64,000 nt of DNA. Source: Octopus vulgaris (taxonomy: Eukaryota). Under the pieces are notes generated by a model. The model was not told the DNA's origin. It saw nothing but the letters and a program-made list of their open reading frames with translations, and did not search any database. Every line of letters starts with the position of its first letter. Within the stretch, counting starts at the first letter, position 1. The stretch is from contig OX597814.1 of NCBI GenBank assembly GCA_951406725.2, positions 191,270,001 through 191,334,000 on the forward strand. The letters are read 5' to 3'. Of this stretch, positions 63,768-64,000 are shown piece after piece. The translations under genes were made by a program, and so were the position numbers.

Positions 63768-64000
63768 GGATATTTTCGGTTTGAACGGCAGTTTTTTCTA
63801 GCGGTGTCATATGAAATTGTCACCCATAATTAAGACCCTAGTATCGATCTATTGCATTTCAATCTGTTTTAGAGTTAGGGTTAGGGGTGGGGGGAAGGGT
63901 ATCTTTTTTCTTCAGAAATATAAATAAACCCAATCTGTTTCTTAAACGAGGGACATATTCATACGGCACAGAATGTTTTCACCTTCAATAGACGTCATTG
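63768..64000. mobile_element. GGATC-TIR MITE, cut by the window end
   Basis: Matches 61934-62170. Confidence 0.85.

Overview
AT-rich, repeat-saturated animal DNA. The tRNA-derived SINE families, microsatellites and LINE types point to a coleoid cephalopod, most likely Octopus (inference). One host gene is supported: the large first coding exon of an SLC46 (PCFT/SLC46A3-like) MFS transporter on the minus strand (15847-14776), ending in a GTAAGT donor and preceded by a CpG-richer putative promoter. Its later exons were not found. The rest is mobile DNA: three abundant tRNA-SINE families (many with TSDs), a 5'-truncated CR1-type LINE with an open RT frame, RTE remnants, Penelope-like GIY-YIG remnants with degenerate hammerhead-ribozyme motifs, non-autonomous Helitrons, piggyBac-, hAT-, Tigger- and mariner-like elements, MITEs carrying telomere-type repeats, a solo LTR and a tRNA-Pro pseudogene. 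The most unusual structures are a 224-bp palindrome split by the CR1, a tRNA-headed hammerhead-like element with inverted ends, and several locally templated duplications or fold-backs. All alignments were done by eye.
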